The translations under genes were made by a program, and so were the position numbers. From contig JAVVGL010000005.1 of assembly GCA_032249135.1 (NCBI GenBank), positions 40,995-104,994 on the forward strand: 64,000 nucleotides of DNA, in the 5' to 3' direction. The notes under the pieces are model-generated. The model saw nothing but the letters and a program-made list of their open reading frames with translations, searched no databases and was not told where the DNA came from. The DNA comes from Candidatus Calescibacterium sp. (lineage in GTDB: Bacteria > Calescibacteriota > Calescibacteriia > Calescibacteriales > Calescibacteriaceae). This document shows, piece after piece, positions 61,025 to 64,000 of this stretch; within the stretch, counting starts at the first letter, position 1, and each line of letters begins with the position of its first letter.

Positions 61025-61735
61025 TTAATCGGAAATTAATTTAATATTTTCTCCAAATTTTACTTTTTCAAATCCCTCTTCAATTTCAATATCACAATCT
61101 GTTATTTTTTCCTTTTCTGCAAACACGAAAATAGGTTTTTTATGGAGTGCATCACAAAACTTTGAAGACGGGAAACCATTGATTATGAATTTTCCTTCAT
61201 TTGAGATTACAACTGCATCAGCTCCCATAATTCCAACATCAGCTATATTTCCGATCTCATCTTCCCTAACGAACAAAATTTCGTTTTTCCCCGCCAACCT
61301 TTCTGCATATTTATCGTAGTATAAAGCTAAAATTTTTTTGTCGGAAAAATTATCTAAAATTTCTTTCAAAATAGATGAGTAGCTAACAACTGCTATTTTT
61401 TTATAGCGTCGTATAATATCAATCCCTTGATTTACAATCTTCTTTCTCTTTTCCCTTATTTCTTCTATAAGTTGGTAAATAAAATCTTGAATTTGTGATT
61501 TTATGTTTTCAGTCTCACGAAAGTTTGCCAAAAACTTTTCTATTTTTTCCGCGTAATTTCTCATTATAACCATTGATGGGCGCACACGTTTAAGCTCTGA
61601 TGTCAAAACAAATATATCGGATGGAGAAATTTTGTCCTGATCGGAAATGAATTTTTCAATTTTTCTTAAAGCTAAAATCAGAAGAGAAGAAGCTCCTTCC
61701 TCTTTATTTTCTTTTATGTCATGAAAAAATTCCAT
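61025..61735 (-). CDS. Initiation factor 2B-related (eIF-2B alpha/beta/delta-like) protein
   Basis: GASSL, RPSMVIMRN, SYSS, MGADAV, IN, FE near C-terminus. Confidence 0.6.
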   Translation of the reverse strand: MEFFHDIKENKEEGASSLLILALRKIEKFISDQDKISPSDIFVLTSELKRVRPSMVIMRNYAEKIEKFLANFRETENIKSQIQDFIYQLIEEIREKRKKIVNQGIDIIRRYKKIAVVSYSSILKEILDNFSDKKILALYYDKYAERLAGKNEILFVREDEIGNIADVGIMGADAVVISNEGKFIINGFPSSKFCDALHKKPIFVFAEKEKITDCDIEIEEGFEKVKFGENIKLISD

Positions 61736-61739
61736 CTTG

Positions 61740-61770
61740 CTTGAATTAAATTCTCATCTTGAATTAAATT
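61740..61770. repeat. 13-bp direct repeat in the spacer between lysA and the eIF2B-like gene
   Basis: CTTGAATTAAATT at 61740-61752 and 61758-61770. Confidence 0.6.
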
Positions 61771-61773
61771 TTG

Positions 61774-63012
61774 TCAAATATCTCTTGCTATGAGATCTTC
61801 GTATGTTTGTCTTTTTCTTGCGAGGAATACATTTTTGCCTTTTATTACAATCTCTGCGGGCAAAGGTCTTCCGTTGTAGTTCATAGTCATAGTAGATGTA
61901 TAGGCTCCCGCATAGAGGATACATAGGAGATCGCCTTCTGAAAGGTCAGGCAAAACTATATCTTGAACTATATAATCTGAATTTTCACATATTGGGCCAA
62001 CAACACTAACCTGTTCTTCATTATGAGCATTATTCATTTCAAGAGGTATAACTTTATGGTAAGCTTTGTAAAGAGGAATCCTTAATATTTCTGTCATACC
62101 TGCATCAACAATAAAAAACTTCTTCCCGCCGGAATATTTTTTCCTTATTATTTTGGTTATCAGTATCCCAGCTGGAGCGGAAATTGCTCGTCCAAGTTCA
62201 AAGATTATTTTATATCCTTCGCGGGCGATGGGTTCAAAGCAAGCAGTATATTCGGAAAAGGTGGGATCAACTAAATTTTCATAGTCAAGCCCCAATCCGC
62301 CTCCAACATCAACATAATTTATTTTTATGCCGTGCTTTTTGAGTTTTGAGAGGAAATCAAGAGCAAGTTCCGAAGCATTTCTGAAAATTTCCATATCTTT
62401 TATTTGTGATCCGAGATGAAAGTGAATACCAGAAACCGGTAGCCCTGCTTTTGAAGCATCTTCGTATAAAGAAAACGCTAAATTCTCGTCAATTCCAAAC
62501 TTTGAATCTTTTTTTCCAACTCCAAGATATGGGTGAAGTTTTTCAAGTTGAACTTCAAATTTTACCCTGAAAGACACACCAAAATTTATTTTCTGCTCTG
62601 ATGAGAGTTTTTTTATGAAATTATACTCTGATTCACTCTCTATATTAACAAGTAAAACTTTCTTTTCATTTGCATATAAGATTTCTTTATTTGTTTTTCC
62701 AACCCCCGAGAAAACGATTTTGTCTCCGGGAAAACCTGATTTTTCTGCGATAAAAAGTTCTCCGGCAGATACAACATCTGCTCCAAAACCTTCTCTGGCG
62801 GCTTCCCGAAGTAAAGCCAAAACAGAATTTGATTTCAAAGAGAAACACAAAAGGTGATCATAATTTGCACTCTTTGAAATTGCTCTCATTCTCCCTATGA
62901 ATTCATCAAGAGAATAAACAAAAACAGGAGTATCAAATTCTTCTGCAACCTTTTTCAAATTGACTTCTCCCCACCAGAGAACTCCATCCTTGTAATCAAG
63001 GCTTGTGATCAT
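61774..63012 (-). CDS. lysA: Diaminopimelate decarboxylase
   Basis: TPVFVYS, FSLKSN (PLP Lys), DVVSAGE, SKFG, HFHLGSQI, DVGGGLG, VGPICENSD, GAY..NYN. Confidence 0.93.
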   Translation of the reverse strand: MITSLDYKDGVLWWGEVNLKKVAEEFDTPVFVYSLDEFIGRMRAISKSANYDHLLCFSLKSNSVLALLREAAREGFGADVVSAGELFIAEKSGFPGDKIVFSGVGKTNKEILYANEKKVLLVNIESESEYNFIKKLSSEQKINFGVSFRVKFEVQLEKLHPYLGVGKKDSKFGIDENLAFSLYEDASKAGLPVSGIHFHLGSQIKDMEIFRNASELALDFLSKLKKHGIKINYVDVGGGLGLDYENLVDPTFSEYTACFEPIAREGYKIIFELGRAISAPAGILITKIIRKKYSGGKKFFIVDAGMTEILRIPLYKAYHKVIPLEMNNAHNEEQVSVVGPICENSDYIVQDIVLPDLSEGDLLCILYAGAYTSTMTMNYNGRPLPAEIVIKGKNVFLARKRQTYEDLIARDI

Positions 63013-63163
63013 GTTTTTTTATTTTTTCCTTTTTCTTCCGAATTTAATAATCTTACTTGCCTTGTCACAATCATCTTAAATTATAATTTCTCCACAAAAT
63101 TCAAAGATTTTGCAAAAATTCCACTTTAAGCACAAATCAATTATCACTATTATTTCAACTCAC

Positions 63164-64000
63164 ATGTTTATAACTACATGTTTCAAACTCGTTGTAAATA
63201 AGGAGGAGAAAAATCAAATTCTCAAACTTATGAGGAATTTCTCTTCTGCTGTGAGATTTTCATACAAAAGACTTCTTGAAGGTTTTACTCCATCACAAGC
63301 TTACAGTACAGCAAGAGAAAAATTCCCAGAACTTAACTCTCATTATGTAAGTTGTGCAGTTGAGAAAGCAAGAGAAATTTTTCAAAGCTGTAAGGCAAGA
63401 GGTCAAAATCCAAAAAAGCTCATTTTCGGTGGTAGAGCTTTGTTTGAGAAACTTAAGAAAAAACATCTTCAAGGAAAATCAAGAAGAGAGCTTAAAAGAA
63501 AATGGAAAGAAAAAAGGCAGGGTACTCTAATAAGCATAGGTGCAAAACACAAAACTCACAAAGGTAATCTTAATCTCAGATTTATCCCTGCTGAAAAAGG
63601 TAAAAACAATCTTTGTTTAAGAATAGCTTTGAAAAACAGGAAATTCATATTAGCAAGGGTAAAAAGAGATTTGAGTGGGAAATCAGATAAATGGGCTTTG
63701 TTTTTGGCGAAAATCTTATCAGGAGAGCGATTCCCTTACACCGTTGAGCTAAAATTAAAAGATGGACAAATATACGGATTTGTCAGGTTTTCTCTTGATA
63801 TTCCTCTTCAAACAATTACAAAAGCAAAAGGTGTGATAGGGATAGATGTGAATGCAAGCCCCTTTCATCTTGCTCTTGCGGAGGTTTCATCTGATGGAAA
63901 TTTACAAAGCTACAAATCAATTTATCTTTCTCATCTTTTGAAATACAAAAGCAGAAACAGAAAAGAGTATGAGGAGTGGTTGATAGCTCATGAGGTTATA
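63164..64000 (+). mobile_element. tnpB: TnpB-related RuvC nuclease (IS200/IS605/IS607 accessory protein, Cas12f-like), partial
   Basis: Not in the ORF track. Open from ATG 63164 to the window end (279 codons): MFITTCFKL...LMRNFSSAVRFSYKRLLEG...KLIFGGRALFEKL...KGNLNLR...YTVELK...KGVIGIDVNASP (RuvC-I). Confidence 0.85.

Noticed and set aside
1-64000. CRISPR array, rRNA, prophage or integrase at the tRNA genes
   Set aside because: No regularly spaced repeat-spacer units, rRNA-like tracts, phage genes or duplicated tRNA 3' ends were seen by eye.

Overview
Low-GC, purine-loaded chromosomal window from a diderm bacterium (lpxC, bamD, lgt, lnt, tolB, pal). Composition and several archaeal-like genes suggest a thermophile, which is an inference. 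Gene order is fragmented, and housekeeping genes mostly lack their usual operon partners (murA, rapZ, fabH, gyrB, acpS, trxB, hisIE, rpsP, argF, gcvPB, trpE, dps, lysA). The window also holds fatty-acid/aldehyde catabolic genes, two tRNA-Leu genes, an RND pump whose MFP gene is divergently oriented, and two large multidomain lipoproteins. Three features stand out. (1) A family of Rpn/YhgA-like PD-(D/E)xQ nuclease loci: one intact gene, one paralog frameshifted just before the catalytic PD, and an unannotated silent C-terminal cassette abutting the intact gene's stop codon. This resembles a toxin with an intragenic antitoxin and exchangeable C-termini. (2) An SQR-like flavoprotein + DUF1641 operon broken by three separate lesions. 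(3) A TnpB/Cas12f-like RuvC gene with no upstream transposase that runs off the right edge. No CRISPR array or rRNA was seen. All product calls come from motif recognition, not database searches.
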